From assembly GCF_000150275.1 (NCBI RefSeq), contig NW_002060944.1, positions 4,778,123 to 4,842,122 of the forward strand: a stretch of DNA of 64,000 nucleotides, read 5' to 3'. The translations under genes and the position numbers were made by a program. The stretch's first letter is position 1; every line of letters begins with the position of its first letter. Positions 24,707 to 39,690 of the stretch are shown here, in pieces. Origin of the DNA: Trichoplax adhaerens (lineage: Eukaryota > Animalia > Placozoa). The notes beneath the pieces are model-generated. The model was given only the letters and a program-made list of their open reading frames with translations. It was not told the DNA's origin and did no database searches.

Positions 24707-27700
24707 GATGTAGTTAATGCAATTTATCTAGCCGCTATGGGTGGCCACAGAGATAAAGTCAACTCAATTATCAAGTCAGGAAAAAGCATCGATACGAGAG
24801 ATAAAGTAATAAATGATTCTAATTACACTGAACGTGACTAATGACTTATGATAATTCCTAAATCTACTCGCCATTTATATAGCAGAAAGCAATCTATATT
24901 TTGATTGGCACTTAATGTGCTAACAGGTACCGGTAGCAAGCATTCGAACATCGTTATACCGTATTTCCATAGTATTCATTTTTTGAGAGAAATCAATATC
25001 AGAATACTATACTTAGTATTAAATGTGGCTAATGATCACTTTAAGATATTTAAATGCTACAGTTTTCGTTGTCCGATGGGCGAGGACACTATTCCATACC
25101 GCACTATTAGAGATCCTTAGTAAATGCATGAAATCTCATCTCAATAATGATTCACTCTATATGATACTTTACTTGTGCTAGTTTTATGAGAAGTATACAA
25201 AACTATCTGGAAGTTATATCGTTTAATTATTTGAAAGTATCTAAATTTCTGAGATGTTTGATCTACTCTTGATGGAGTGCATTAACGTTCTTGAAAGTTA
25301 TTTGTTCTTGTTAGACATCATCTGTTCACTATGTATTGATATCAGTTGATGCTAATTATTTCAGATGGAGAATACTTGCCTACATATAGCAGCTAAAACT
25401 GGAAACTTGAGTATTATAGAAATGCTATTAAATGCTGGAGCTTCCATTAGTGTTGTAAATAAGGTATCGTTACAATGACAGAATTGAGAGTCTATCATAT
25501 CAACTTGCTAGGAAAAAGATAACTGAGTAAGCTATTCAATCTTTTCGATGTTGTGGATAATTTAGGATGGAGAATCGCCACTGTTTGTAGCAGTTAATGA
25601 AGGTTTCATAAAAATAGCAGCTCAATTAATCGATGCTGGAGCTGATGTTAATGAAGTAGAATCATGTGTATGCAAGTTAACTAATAAATTCATAAGAAGA
25701 AGCTTCAATTATTCATGTCGATATCTTTAGAATTTCACTATGGCATGTCAAGAGTAAAAAGTTGTAATAAATTCTAGATGTACAATTACATAAAACAGTA
25801 ATTTCTATTAGTTGTGCTGACCAATATTATTGAAACATCATGTCTTTTAGGAAGGCTTATCACTACTAATGCTAGCGATACTACGGAGCAATTTAGAATT
25901 GGTTGAATTGCTATGCAAAAAGGGGGCGAAGATTAATTATCGGAAAAATGTAAAAATTAAGACGATTGAAAATGAAAATTCAACAATAACTATGCTAGCT
26001 ATTATGGTTTTTAACGCTATTATTTATATTATTCGATTTGTTTTATGGCAGAATGGAGCAACTCCTTTAATGGCTGCAGTAATTAGTGCAAACTTAGATA
26101 TTTCACGCTATTTAATCGATCGTGGAGCAGACGCTAATATTGCAGACTACGTAAACAATATCAAATTAATGAAATTTTCTCATGATTCCAACAGCATAAA
26201 TGATACACATTGAAAAATAGCTTATCTAACTAATTTGACCGATTTGTTTAAATTTAGGATAATGTAACAGGATCACCCATCTTAATCGCTACAGCAAGAA
26301 ATGATATTGAAATGATACGTTTGTTAATTCCACATGTTAATGATATCAATCATGGCAATAAGGTGGGAAGTAATGAATTTAGGATTATGTAACAAAATAG
26401 TATCTGATAACGTATTCTGTAATTGCTAGATTGGAATAAATGCATTACATCTTGCTGTTCAACAAGACAACAAGCCAATTATACGATTGCTTATGGAAAA
26501 TAAAGCTATGGTTGATTGCATGAATGAGGTACTGTAATATATTTTGATATTACTCCTATTTTAAAAAATTAAACGATAAAAAAATATGAAATAATAAGCT
26601 TAACTCTAAAGCATTTGTTACGATTTAGCATGCATTAGCAGTGTTGTATCTAAATTTGATCGATAGACTTTTATAAAATTGTTTTATGCAATACTTTGAC
26701 TAGCAAACGTGATTCTATTAACAGTATATATGTCTATTAACTTGTAGATTATCAATTTGCAAACTTCCACATGTGGAATGCATTATGCTAATAAATATGC
26801 ATATTTGTCGGGAATGCAGTCATAATTTTTATCCATTTACCAAAAACTGCACTAATTTTATATTGATAATAATGATAAGTTTTAAGCTTTGCCTATACTA
26901 TATCATAATTCAGCTGTTCGATGTAATTCGACGGAAATATCTGATAATTACTTAAGCCAACACACGTATTAAGTAGCATAAGAGATAAATTATTAATCGG
27001 ACAACTGATAACAAAAACATTGTATATGAATATTATTTCTGCATTCTTTCTATCAAAATTGTATCGCTAAATATGGATAATAACTACAGAATTTGCTATT
27101 TTAGGATGGAGATACGCCATTAATTTTTGCCGTTCGTGCCCACGATGAAAAAGTAGTTAAAATGCTCCTAGACTACGGTGCTGATGTTAATAAAAGCAAC
27201 CGGGTAAGAAAATTATATTAATGTCGGATCTGTGTGTGATAACAAAAATACTAAGTTTAAAAATGAAAAGGAAGATAAACTAGTCACTTTGAATTAAGGA
27301 CATAAGAAATAGAATTATTAATGTTACTGGATTTATTTTGATACGCAAACTTGAATATTGTGATTATAGGAAGGAATAAATCCGCTAATAATTGCAATTG
27401 ATGGTGGCGATCATAAATTGATAAAATTATTACTGAATACTGGAGCTGATGTTAACATTCGTGATAATGTTTGTATCCAATTTTCGTTTTACAAGATTAA
27501 AACTTGAATTAGTCCTATTCTTGAAAAAAATTCATCTGTCAAAATGAAACCTCTTCTCATAACATTATAGTAAAGATTGCTTTTTAAATTTTGTTTTTGT
27601 TATAGTTCGATCAAACACCGTTATTATTCTGTGCAGCAAAAGGCAATATGTCCATCACTAAAACAATTCTAGGGAAAGGCGCAAATATTGATGACGCTGA

Positions 27701-30700
27701 CAAGGTAATTTTTTTAATCCTTGGATTACTTTGTTGCTAATTGGTCATAGCTAACAGATCAAGGATTAATTAATACTTCCTTGATCAAAAGTTATAGGTG
27801 TGTTACTGACTTTCCCATTAACTAATTGAAGAAATTTTTCCTTATGTTGCTAATACCAATATCGTGTTTTTAGTTAGCATCAATAGAGCAACTTATTGAA
27901 TTGATTTCTTCTCAAATGTAACAAATAGATTTTTAACTACTAGTTTATCCTTGTGAAATTTATTGTAACATTGATCTTAGGATGAAAGAACACCATTACA
28001 TATTGCTATAAATAAAGGACATCTTCAGTTCGTCAAGGCTCTTATTAAGAGAAATGCCCGTTTGGATGTATCGGATAAGGTAATTTATAAATTTCTCAGA
28101 AAATTTAAAATTAAATGCTTTAATCGAAGCCAGAAGTAGAATAGAGTTGGTTGACTTTAATTTTTGAACAATATTCTCTCTCTATCTAACCGGATATAAG
28201 TAATTTAACACTAATATTTTTAACATTATTATTTTCCAACCGTTTTAAAATTATATTATTAGTCTGGCATGACATTGTTGATGTATGCATGTATTATGGG
28301 CTCTACAAAGATTGTTCAGCTACTGCTTCAGAAAGAAATAGAAGTTAATTCAGTTTGCTTGGTAAGTTGTCACTATTACTATACTTACTACAAGTAAATT
28401 TAGAATTATGAGAGTTAGAGATGGTGTTAAAGTTTAATGAAGTAGATAGATACACATAGCTGTAAATATTACTTCGAGAAATTAAAGCTCTAATTCTCAT
28501 ACTAGACTGAGCAGAATTAAGTAAATTAACTAATACGACAGTACTTAGAGAAGAGGAATCAGCCAATATTTTTATGTACATTTAAATAATTCTTAGTTTA
28601 GCTATCTCGAAAAACAAAATAATAAAAATATCAGAATATAATCGTAAAAAGAATTTTAAAGTTTGATGAATGATTATATCCATTCAAGTGTTAACTATGG
28701 ATATTAATAATTATAATTAGAAGGCAGTAAGATTATTTATTCAAATAGTATGAGTAGAGAGAGATATTAGACTACAAGTTATTTTAGCTGCACATAAAAT
28801 ATAGTGGAGAATTTACTATCTATTGCACATTCAAAGCACTCATAAAGTGAAATACTTTGCTATTTACTAGGCAGGTGCAAAAATACTTGACAGCATATAC
28901 ACGAGTTAAAATATTCGTTATGGGAATAGCTAAAATTGGAAAAAAATTGTACGTGAAATAAATTTCTATTTATTAATTTGTAGAAAGGAAAAACCGCGTT
29001 ATCTTATGCTGTTCAAGGAAATCATCGGAAAATTGTGAAAATGTTATTAAGAAAAGGGGCTCGTTGCGATATTGCTGATCAAGTTAGTAAGACTAACTCT
29101 TTAGGATAGGTCATAGTATGCATATAATTGAATTAGTCAGTGGTGATATTCTAACGGATTATGACCTAAAATTTTGATCGAATAACATGAAAACAGGCTA
29201 ATAAGAAATGTATTTCAAAATTTTTGCTTAATACTAAGGCAGCTACTATCCATTAAAATTCAAATTTAACTATCTACCGCATTTAGAGAGGTCTCAATTC
29301 ATTCATGACAGCAGCAGTAATAGGCAGCGCGGAAATTTTTAAATTGTTGATACAAGATGAATCGATTAACCTCGATTCTGCCAGTAAGGTCGGTTAGATC
29401 CTGAAGAACTATCCGATTTGAGGTTAATAAAATGACTTAGTTGTGGTAATAGGAAAAATTACATCTTGAAATTTTTTATAGGAGGGTCTTACTGCCCTGA
29501 TGTTAAGTGCTATGAAGGGCCACCTTACTATCGTCGATTTAGTTCTAGCAAAGCATGCAAATATTAACGCAATAGATAAGGTCAGTAGAATATCTTAATC
29601 GATTTACTTTCCTTATAACATTATAGTCCAAAAATAGAAAACTTAGTTTGATTGAACATTATTGCTCAACATCACTAAACTCAATCTCCAATTGGATCTA
29701 AATAAGAATGGAAGAACGGCGTTAATACATGCTACCGTCGGCGGCCATAGCGAAGTAGTTAGAATTCTACTGCAATATGAAGCCGAAGTTTCTATTGCCA
29801 ACAAAGTAAAATAATGAATTTAAATGCAATATACTGAAATGATAGATTTTATGTAGCAGTAAATTATAATAAAGTTTTAAGCCTGAAATGGCATAGATTT
29901 ACGAAAGATAATAATACTCCCTGATAGTATGATCTTGAAGTTATTCCGCATAATTTCAATCATAATTATTTTAGAATGGTATGACAGTTATTATGGATGC
30001 TGCATTTTACGGCCATGGAGATATTATTACGTTACTAACTTATGAACGAAGCAAACACTATAACAAACCGGAGGTGAGGAAGTAGAGGAAATCAATTACT
30101 TGCTACTATATATCCGCATGATGAAGCTAAAATATCTTCATATGGTTCTGAAATATAATGATATTTTTATTATACTGAGTTTACATCCTAGTAATCAAGA
30201 GATCCATAGTCACACTCCATAATAAGTGATTAATATTAAATTTTAACCAGTATTAAATGACCGAATTCAAAATATTACAGACGGTTATTTGTACAAACTC
30301 TTTGAAAGATCCTTATTAAATTAGGAAATTAAATTCGGTTTTCGTTGTTTATAGCCTTGCCCATATATTGAAGATTTGTATTAGTATTACATATAGCGAT
30401 CTAATTGTTTCTAGTAATCATTAAAAAATTTCATATTATCATTTTAATACTTTTATTAGACAACAAAACTAAAATATTTTTATTACTGCTACTACTATAT
30501 CTGTCAAAAGAATAATAGAAGCTTTCCTTCATCAGTAACTGATTGTTTTTCAGTGCTATATTTTTCATCGGGTGTAAAAATTGAAACTTTTATTTAACAG
30601 TTTACAAGTACTGTGTCTTAATTTGAATAATAATAATACTCCATCATTATTAATAATTGTTCATCCCTGTTACCATCTATACTCTTAGGGCATGGAAGAG

Positions 30701-33700
30701 AAAAAGACTGCTATGTTATGTGCTGCTCAAAATGGCAAAAAAGGAACCATGAAAGTCTTATTATTACAAGGCCTTGATATTAACACTACTGACAATGTAA
30801 AATAGCCTAATAGAAATGCTAATCCTTACTCTACCTTATACAGTGATTTTCTGATAAGATTTTTTCTTACATAATATAGCTTGGAGTAACACCTTTAATG
30901 CTTGCAGCTCAGAATGGCCACGAAGCTTTACTTGGCTTTTTAATTACTGAAGGAGCAAAAATTGATGCTCTTGATAAGGTTTAATTAATAATTTTTAATC
31001 TACATCAAACCAAATTACAGCATTAAAATCAAAAATATCAAAAATATTAATGTAATGTTTGAGAATTCTTGTTTCGTTCCGTAATAGAGTTTAACATGTA
31101 ATCTTTTTATCTTCACTTATATACCTTCTATGTAGGATAACATGACGGCGTTAATGTTTGCATGTGCCAATAGTCAACTTGCCATTGCTGAATCTTTATT
31201 AGTCAATGGAGCGGATAGCAATTGCGTTAGCAATGTAAGTATGACGAAATAACATTGAACGTTTATAGGTGGTAATTGATCGAATAGTATTTGCCACAAA
31301 ATAGCTTTGCAACAAAATAACGTAATGTACGATCAATAAGTCAATTTCTTGATCCATGTATCAAGGAAGGATATCTGTACTATCGGGAACACTTTTGCTC
31401 TATTAGCAGACTGCACAAAGACCTTAACGCCTCATATTTTACGTTGAACACTAACTTTAAGAATTAACTATATTACACGATATGCTGCATTTATATACTC
31501 TTCCTCAATAGTTCATGAGTCATAGTTAGTACGATTAACTTTGAAATCATTCACTGAATAAGACATTAATTTTAGTTACTGCTCCGTAATGCAGAAAACA
31601 GTATTTACGATCATAGACATCTGATGACTAATACAGAATAATCAGATTACGATATATCCTATCACGAGATATTTCCATGATAATTTACAATTTGCCATAA
31701 GTAAGTTACAATGACAATGATTTGAACCGTAAGCAGATAATTCGCATTCCCTAATATAACTATTAATTTCAGTATATATTATATATATCACTGTTATATA
31801 AAGCCAGTGCTAAGTTAAAACACAGCATATCCAGATTAGAAGTTAACTAAATAAGGATAGGCTAACAAAATTATCCTAACATAGATATTTCTACTCTAAT
31901 ACAGTATATAGCACTGTCACAGCATTACGGCTATTGGAATTTGTGTGTTATATCTCAATTCTTTTTATTTTATTTGTTGTCTTATAGACTGGTCAAAGTT
32001 CGCTAATTTTGGCTGCAATTGAAGGCAATGCTGAAGTTATCAAATTGCTGTTGGAATACGGAGCGGATGTTAATAGGGTAGATGATGTAAGTAGAGTTAG
32101 CTATGATTGTGTGTAGATCTTCAATAGTGAAAAATAGTTATTAAATCATATATACTGATACCAATTTAAAAAGTAATATAAGAATGTAATCATGCTATGG
32201 GAGTAAATATATGCTATTTATATGTATCATCTAATTAATTAAAGATTTTAATCCTAAAATCGAAACTGAGAAAATATTGACATAATTGAGATTATCAGCA
32301 GTTTGTGAACTAGGGAATTCCATCGAAATTGACTCATCTGAATATATCTTTCATTTTTCATTTTGTACATATTAATAGTTGAAAAGAACAGCATTAATGC
32401 ACGCTATATTAAACGATTGCTTTGATGCAGCAAGAATGCTACTAGAGAACGGAGCTTTAATTGATGCCATTGATCAGGTAATCATATAATTATATCGACA
32501 CCAACAGACGGTTTACAGTTATGTTAGACGGCAGTCTATTCATGGATTGTTCCAATATCACGTTTGATATTTTTCTAGGACAGTCTATCTTTGTAAAAAT
32601 GGCTAGTATAGATCGGTCAGTTTCATTCTGCGAGAGAATTGAAATTTATTAGTATTCATTTTTCATCCCGTCAACTTGTATTATAAAGCTCAGTCACAAA
32701 TTAACTCTGCGACAAGGGAGCTTGAAGTTAAAGTCTATAAGTTATCTACCTACTTAAACGCCTTCTACTAAACGTAAAGTAGAAATAGTAAAGTAACGCA
32801 AAGATAGGACTTTTATTGGTACAGACACATTCACAGCATTTTCTACTGGAACCGTTTCCATTTTTTATAGGAGCTATGTAACTTGTAAATGACTATTATC
32901 TCATCATTATTATCGTACCTTATTAGGAAAGGCATCTGGAAGTGAAACCTTACTAACATAGTTTTTCTATTAAACATTTTTAACATATTTACTGATATAT
33001 AATCTTAATCTAAGCATGATCGCTGTCTAGTTCAACCATTGAAAACTAAGATTTGAGTTATTTCACTACTACCTACACAGATATACGACAGCCTACTACA
33101 AGTAATGCTCACATTAAGACATTACTTATCTTACCTAGCACTACAATTCTGGATTTTTACCATATTAGCTACTACAGTATAATTGACCTATGCTGACAGT
33201 TAGGTAACAGCATAGCTAGCGGTAATAAAAAAACGATTTACTTGCGTTTCAAATGATAAGTTAAGAAGATTAGTACTGCTAAAAATACCCAATTTACTTT
33301 AATATTTCATGAAAATAGTGTAATATGTACATTTGGCTAATCATGTAATGAAAATTATTCTATACATGCTTTAAGGTGGTAAGAATTAGTCTATTTTACT
33401 TGATGAGGAATGATGAGAAGTTAAATCTAGTGACGTCTAACCCAGTGTAGTACATCTAGCAGTTCACATAGATTACTGAGAATCACAGAACAATAAATTT
33501 ATAGGCTGTTATAGCGCTTTGATAGAATGATTTGACGACAAATGTAACATTATTAAAAATTTCTTCTATTCTTAGAATGGAACATCAGGGCTTATGATGG
33601 CTGCTGCCAAAAGTAACAAATCAATTTTGAAAATATTAATACAATTCAACGCTAATATCGATCTCCGCGATGAGGTAACGATATTTTGAATAAAATACGC

Positions 33701-34513
33701 TAATTTTAAGGCAACAAAATGGTCTTTCATTTATTGATAGGAATGATAAATTTTAAATTTTATAGTTCATTATTCTGCTAACGCTTATATCGACTACCAA
33801 ATTACCTAAACGTCTAAATAAACTATATTATCCGTGACTTTAGAAATGATTTAATCCCTTTTTAGCTTTATGATTATTATTCTATTAACCCTTATATTCG
33901 ACTAGCAAGTTATTTAAATATCTAAATAAGCTATATTACCTATGAATGCAAAAATGATTTAATCTATTTCATTACAATTATGTTATGTTTTTAGCAGCGA
34001 GTTAATTCCGTGAGTTAGATTTGTAACTGATATTTATTACTAATGATCGGTATTTATAGCTGCATAATGCTACACGTCGATACGGTTACAATTTATACTT
34101 CCCTCTGCAATTAGTAAATTATCAGTTCGCCTTTTACACTGTTATCACCTATAGTATTACAAGCGCTACCATACAATTATTGCATAAGTACATATACAGT
34201 TTTTAATTCTATTCATGCATTCATGTGTAATATATATCGTAGTTAATCTATTACTTTCTATATATTCCATAGTGAATCTAACTAATTGTATAACGTACGT
34301 AGATAATCGCTAGCTAAGGTTTCCAGTTAAAAACTTTAATTACAAAGGTTTACAATTACTGATTACCAGTTTTTCCTATATTGATTTGTTCAATATTAGC
34401 TTGGAAATGATGCTACGGTGTATGCAGATGGTGATGGTAGCGCTGAAGTTATTGCAATGCTAATAGCTGCAAAAAATATACCGAAGAGGCATAAAGAAAC
34501 TGTTATCAATTAA
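24707..34513 (+). CDS. Ankyrin-repeat-only protein, about 800 aa, from 24 coding exons of about one repeat each. Start exon not established
   Basis: Exons 24707-24805, 25365-25463, 25566-25667, 25851-25949, 26052-26150, 26258-26362, 26430-26528, 27105-27203, 27370-27468, 27606-27704, 27981-28079, 28263-28361, 28984-29082, 29287-29388, 29482-29580, 29707-29805, 29975-30073, 30689-30796, 30880-30978, 31136-31234, 31988-32086, 32379-32477, 33576-33674, 34400-34513 (stop TAA). Each fits the consensus xGxTPLxxAxxxGxxxxVxxLLxxGAxxxxxD, and all introns are phase 0. ATG|gtgaga at 23672-23674 is one possible start. Confidence 0.92.
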
Positions 34514-36121
34514 GTAAAATAGTGTACATTGATATCGAGTTAATGGTATTCTGGCCCTCATCATTATATGAAATAATTAATTCTCGGAAGGTGCAGCATT
34601 ATCGAATTCTATCCTTTCAAGTTAAGAAGAATTACTGTTAACTTACTTCTATGGATAATCTACCAGGCTAATGGCACAGAAGGATAAAAAGATACTGTAG
34701 ATACATTAAATTATGACCGCTGATGAATTCAGTGTTCGACGTCGCCACTTGAGCTATCCAGGATGGCTGATAATGCTTTACACTATAAATGGTTATTATC
34801 GTTGTTGTCTGCTACATTTTGATAAACTTAAGCTAAATTTATGGATTCTTGTTTATCATTTTCATTAACAATATTGCGTAATGAATGAACAAAAAATTGT
34901 AGAATTTTATCCCTTTATAAATGGTCACCATCGGTTTCTAGTTCGTTTCTGATGGAATTTTACTACATCTATCAAGCTTTATTTATCAGTTCTGATCGAT
35001 AAAATTTCATATTCTTCAGCAGTAGTTAGCATCATCTGTGCTTCTACAACTTTGATAGACCTTTTGTTATACTTGTCAAGCCCTACCAAATCCTATTTAT
35101 CAATTCTAATTGACAAGCTCCATCAAAGTTAATGAATATATTCTTAACGAAACTTATAATTGATTTATTACAGATTTTTTAAAATCTTAAGAATTAGATT
35201 ATACTATCGTAATGAATATTGGAATGATTAATTTTGTATTGGGTCAAGTTATAATATTGACATTATTTAAAATAATTTAAAATCATGATAGAGATCATCA
35301 AGATTGGATGTTGTGATAATAAGTGAAGTAATCCATGTGCTTACTGTTCGTTAAGTATTGGTAGTTTAAGATGATTTAGATAATGCTAAAGACGATCAAA
35401 ATGGATTTTAGATGAAAAATTAATATGTTTTCTTCGTATTTGAGTTTAATTTGGCGGTAAATGAAAGTGATTTAAGTAAAGAATAAATAAATCAAAATTA
35501 AATAATGCCATTGTTAACAAATTATTAAGTTAACTCATATGTGGAATTGATACTGAATCCGCCCCTATGCTAAAGTTGTTTTTAACTTCATTTGCGGTAG
35601 CAAGTGATTTATTTCCAAAATAGTAGTATCGACTGAATGTACTAGAATTACAAGAAAGAATTTAATTTATTGTGATTATGGAGGCTTGATATGTGTCATT
35701 GCTTTTAATAGTGCAATTAAAAGCTCATTTTACCTGATGACCATAAAAAAATGCAATAAAAATCATGTTGTTCGGTATCATTATTCTGATTCAGTAAATT
35801 ACTTTAAGTTTGGATAATCTGGTTCGTTCATTTACTTTGACCCTGAGTCTGGATATGTCCAATTCTATTTATTACCATTAATTATTGCCTTAATTGCAAA
35901 TATAAATTGACCAATGTTCATCTCTTATTAGCATTCATAGCGTAGTATACGCGTACCTATAAATATTCTAAACAGCGTCAGCATAATACTCCATTAGCGA
36001 TCTAATCAATCAAATTTTGTTTCCGTAAGTAACCTATTATGGGATTTACATTCTTGCATGCTGTTCAGTCATGAACAAGTGAGGAATTTAAATTTTATAA
36101 TGAAAAAAAACTAAAAAAAGC

Positions 36122-36636
36122 AATCTAAAGTTTAAATTAATAGCTTAAATCTAATACTCGATTATACACGAACTTGTGATAATCCATTGATAAACGATGA
36201 GACTAGTTCTTTTAAAGACGATATAGAATATGGAAGAATAAATAGTAAAGAATTGAAATAGCTATGCAATTCTGTATATGAAGATAGAAATACAAATTTT
36301 AGAGATTCGTAGAAGTACTATGCATTTCTAAAGCAGTCTATAGAAGATAGGTTAAGTTATAAACTTTTAAACAGTAAGGATAAATTAATCATTTTTTATA
36401 GTAATATTAATTAAATCAGTTGAAATAGTTATATATGTATCTTGCCAAATATCTAAAGTAGAGATTATAATCTCACTTATATAGTTGCTTAATAAAGGCA
36501 ATTGATGTGATAGATTACGAATTTCTTATACTATTCAAGAACTGTTGTATTAGCTAATCTTATCTAATATTCAAGCTAGATTAAAAGCGTACATAGACAA
36601 ATCTGCAGTTGCTCTCAAGCTAACTTAGTGTGATAA
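36122..36636. repeat. Non-coding block of about 0.5 kb, copy A (copy B at 43451-43945)
   Basis: Both copies begin AATCTAAAGTTTAAATTAATAGCTTAAATCTAATA and end TACATAGACAAATCTGCAGTTGCTCTC..AGCTAACTTAGTGTGA. They are colinear throughout, roughly 80% identical by eye. Confidence 0.9.
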
Positions 36637-39600
36637 TGATCATTTGTTTAGTGTACTACTTTTTATAGGAAGCAGATGATATTAAAATAAATTGTTTGAT
36701 ATTTGAATATTTCATCGATTTTATGTTATCAGTAGTACGTTGCTATTCGTCAAATTGATTTCGATTAAAATAGCAGGTAATCAATAAAAATAAGTTCTAT
36801 TTAACAATCTTATTGATCAGAAAATGAGTAAACTGGATATCAACACAATCAATTTATATTACCCTATTTTATCGATTGTGAAGATGTTTATGTCAGATTT
36901 TAATCTCATCCTAATTTCATAATTACTTCGTATAGTAATGTACAGAAGTCGCTTCGGTAACATACACGTAGTAAAATTTTTATAAAAGTAAAACAGAATG
37001 ACAGGTAATGCTTCTATTCTAATCATATTTTACTCTAGATACCATTGCCTTTCATGATTATCTAACGAATTTACCTTCATTAGTCAATATCTTACGCTAT
37101 TGTTGATAATGGGTTTGCAGTAAAATCGGCGTAACGAGAAATATATAAGGCTCTTTTGCAGTAAAATAATCATCATAGAAGGAAATAGCGTATATGATGT
37201 ATATGTAGTTAAATGAAAATCGTAAGATGTATCCAACGCTCTAGTCTACCGTAAAATTGATGATCTAACGAATTATAGTAGCTGTGAAGAAAACCAATCA
37301 TTATGATGGAGGGTTTAATGATTTAGCGGATGCAGATTTAATAGCTATTTAGAGATTGGTACTAGTTCGTTGAGTAAGAAAATAGATTCTTTATTATAGA
37401 CTACATGTGTGAGGCAGTTGCCGTAGTGCAGCTTGTAAGCTGTTGTGAAGTAATGTAATTATCACTACGACTACCCATATTGCAGCTCAATCTGAGGTAG
37501 AAGTTATTAGTACGCGTATTTATGACGTTAGAGATAGAGAACATGCAGAGAACAAGATTATTATTTACAACATATGCCGTAGTAGACTATATGATAGCAA
37601 ATGATGTTAGAAAAATAGTAAAGGCTGCAAGTGCTATAAATAACTAAACACGACAAGTTAGATTTGAATATAGTGTAATAAGAACACAAAGGTATCCATA
37701 TTTGAAAACAATATAATATACCTCTATATCACAGCTCTATTTAAGAAATATGTAAGTTATAGTACAGCCTAGATACACTACAACAGGTACAATTCGTTTT
37801 AGTCTATTCGATTATGACATAAGTAAGTAAGTGAATATCATTTCTGCCATGTTTGTAAATATCACTGTCCTCTTGTAGTAAAGCAAACATAACAAAATCT
37901 AATAGAAACAATAAGCCCTAAAATAGTAATATAATTAGCATGTGGAGTTTCCATTGCGTATACAACTTGCATCTAGTCGTATAGCTAATAAAATACAATG
38001 CCTATACTGAAATTGGGGTTTGTCATATGTTCAGTTAGAGTTTATGATTTCAGCAAGAAATGTCTCTTTTTATATTCTAAATCTTACCGGTTTGAGTGAT
38101 GTAGCATCACTCTGATATCGGTAAATGGTACTTAATATGTAGTGATTATAGCATTTATCTATTGAAATGTCACTATTAGTAATTGGATTCCCTGTATTGT
38201 AATATTTATATAATTGAGATGGATACTATCGATCGAAGACATTACTTAATTGATCTTAAGGGTACGCCTAAGAATTTTATGGCATGCAATAGAATAATCA
38301 CATAATAAGCTCAATCACTGAAAGATCATGCATAATTTAAATATTTTAGGGCATTTGAATGGAATTATTTTAATTAATTAGTTAATTGATTGTACATAAT
38401 GATAAACTAATATCAATGATGTTTATCTCATTTAATTGTTTTTAACCAAAAAATTTAATTAGATTAGATGTCGTTATTTACTTATCATTAAATGATTAGC
38501 TATGATAACGATTGCAATTTAAAGATACGGCCATCAGTAACAGCTATTATACCTAATCAGTTATTGGGTAAATCGTTGAGTGATTGCACTTGAATAATTT
38601 TATTTAGTACTGTAGTTTTGTTTCCTTTCATAATGTCAGTTCCAATATTAAAACTAGATTAAAATGTTGTAGGCATGTTATAAGTTGAGATATATTTTGA
38701 TTACCTGATATTTAAAATAGATATAAGCTGCCTTTAGGATCAGTTTAACATACTAGATTAAAATTTTACTGTAACTTACAAGATTGAATTTGCTCAAAAG
38801 TCTCGACGTATTAAAAAATTTACCTGCTATAACTTTAAGTTTGTGCTGCGGCAAGATGTCGGTATTTTTCAATCTTTTGGATAAAGACTACCCTACAAAT
38901 TTGAAACAACTTAACTTTACACTATCCTATGTACAGTTTTTGATGGTTAGTAGGTCTACTGCAATACATTTATTCTCCATGCTTTAGTAATCTTGTGCGC
39001 TAGTCTATTACCATGTGTTTAAATTAATGACCGCACAGTTATATAACGATCAAATGAACGAGTCCTTTCCCTGTTTATTTTACATGTAACAGGAGTTTCT
39101 ATTTTAGTTTTCTTAACAAGTACTTGTAATCTTGCCATAAACAGAAATCTGACTGTGTCCTATAAGTATAAATTAACAATTTAAATAAGCCTCGGTTAGT
39201 ACTGTTAGAGATAGTTCTTCGTTGTTCCAGTTTCAATATCTTTAATGTGATAGTAATCCCCTTGATACCTCTTCCTATCTCAATTTCTAATATCACTATT
39301 TCATTTTACTTTGGCGCCTGCGATAAAAGTCTATTCCATTATTAGCGATGGCAATTTGTATCAATTTATGTTCTGATTCGTTTCAGAAAGTATTCTGAAA
39401 TTAGAAAATTAAATATTTTCTTTTTTCGACAACTTGTTTATTACTGTGATCCATAGCTGTGGGCTAGACTTATTCAAATAGTATAAGGATAGATTGATCA
39501 CAACTGACGTAAAATTAACTTGCATTAGCTAATTATTTTTGTTAGTCCTAATCAGTTTATGATCGAATAAATGAAGTATAAATAGAATAATAACCATGAT

Positions 39601-39690
39601 GATGATGGTGATGATAGCAATTAATACTCATTTTAATTCTGTCTGTCTTATAAAAATCTAATAGACGACCCGTAAGTAAGGATATCATCC

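Noticed and set aside
34123-34141. GCCTTTTAC, the invariant U5 loop I sequence, in a small hairpin
   Set aside because: The stem is short and out of register, and there is no Sm site or remaining U5 structure.
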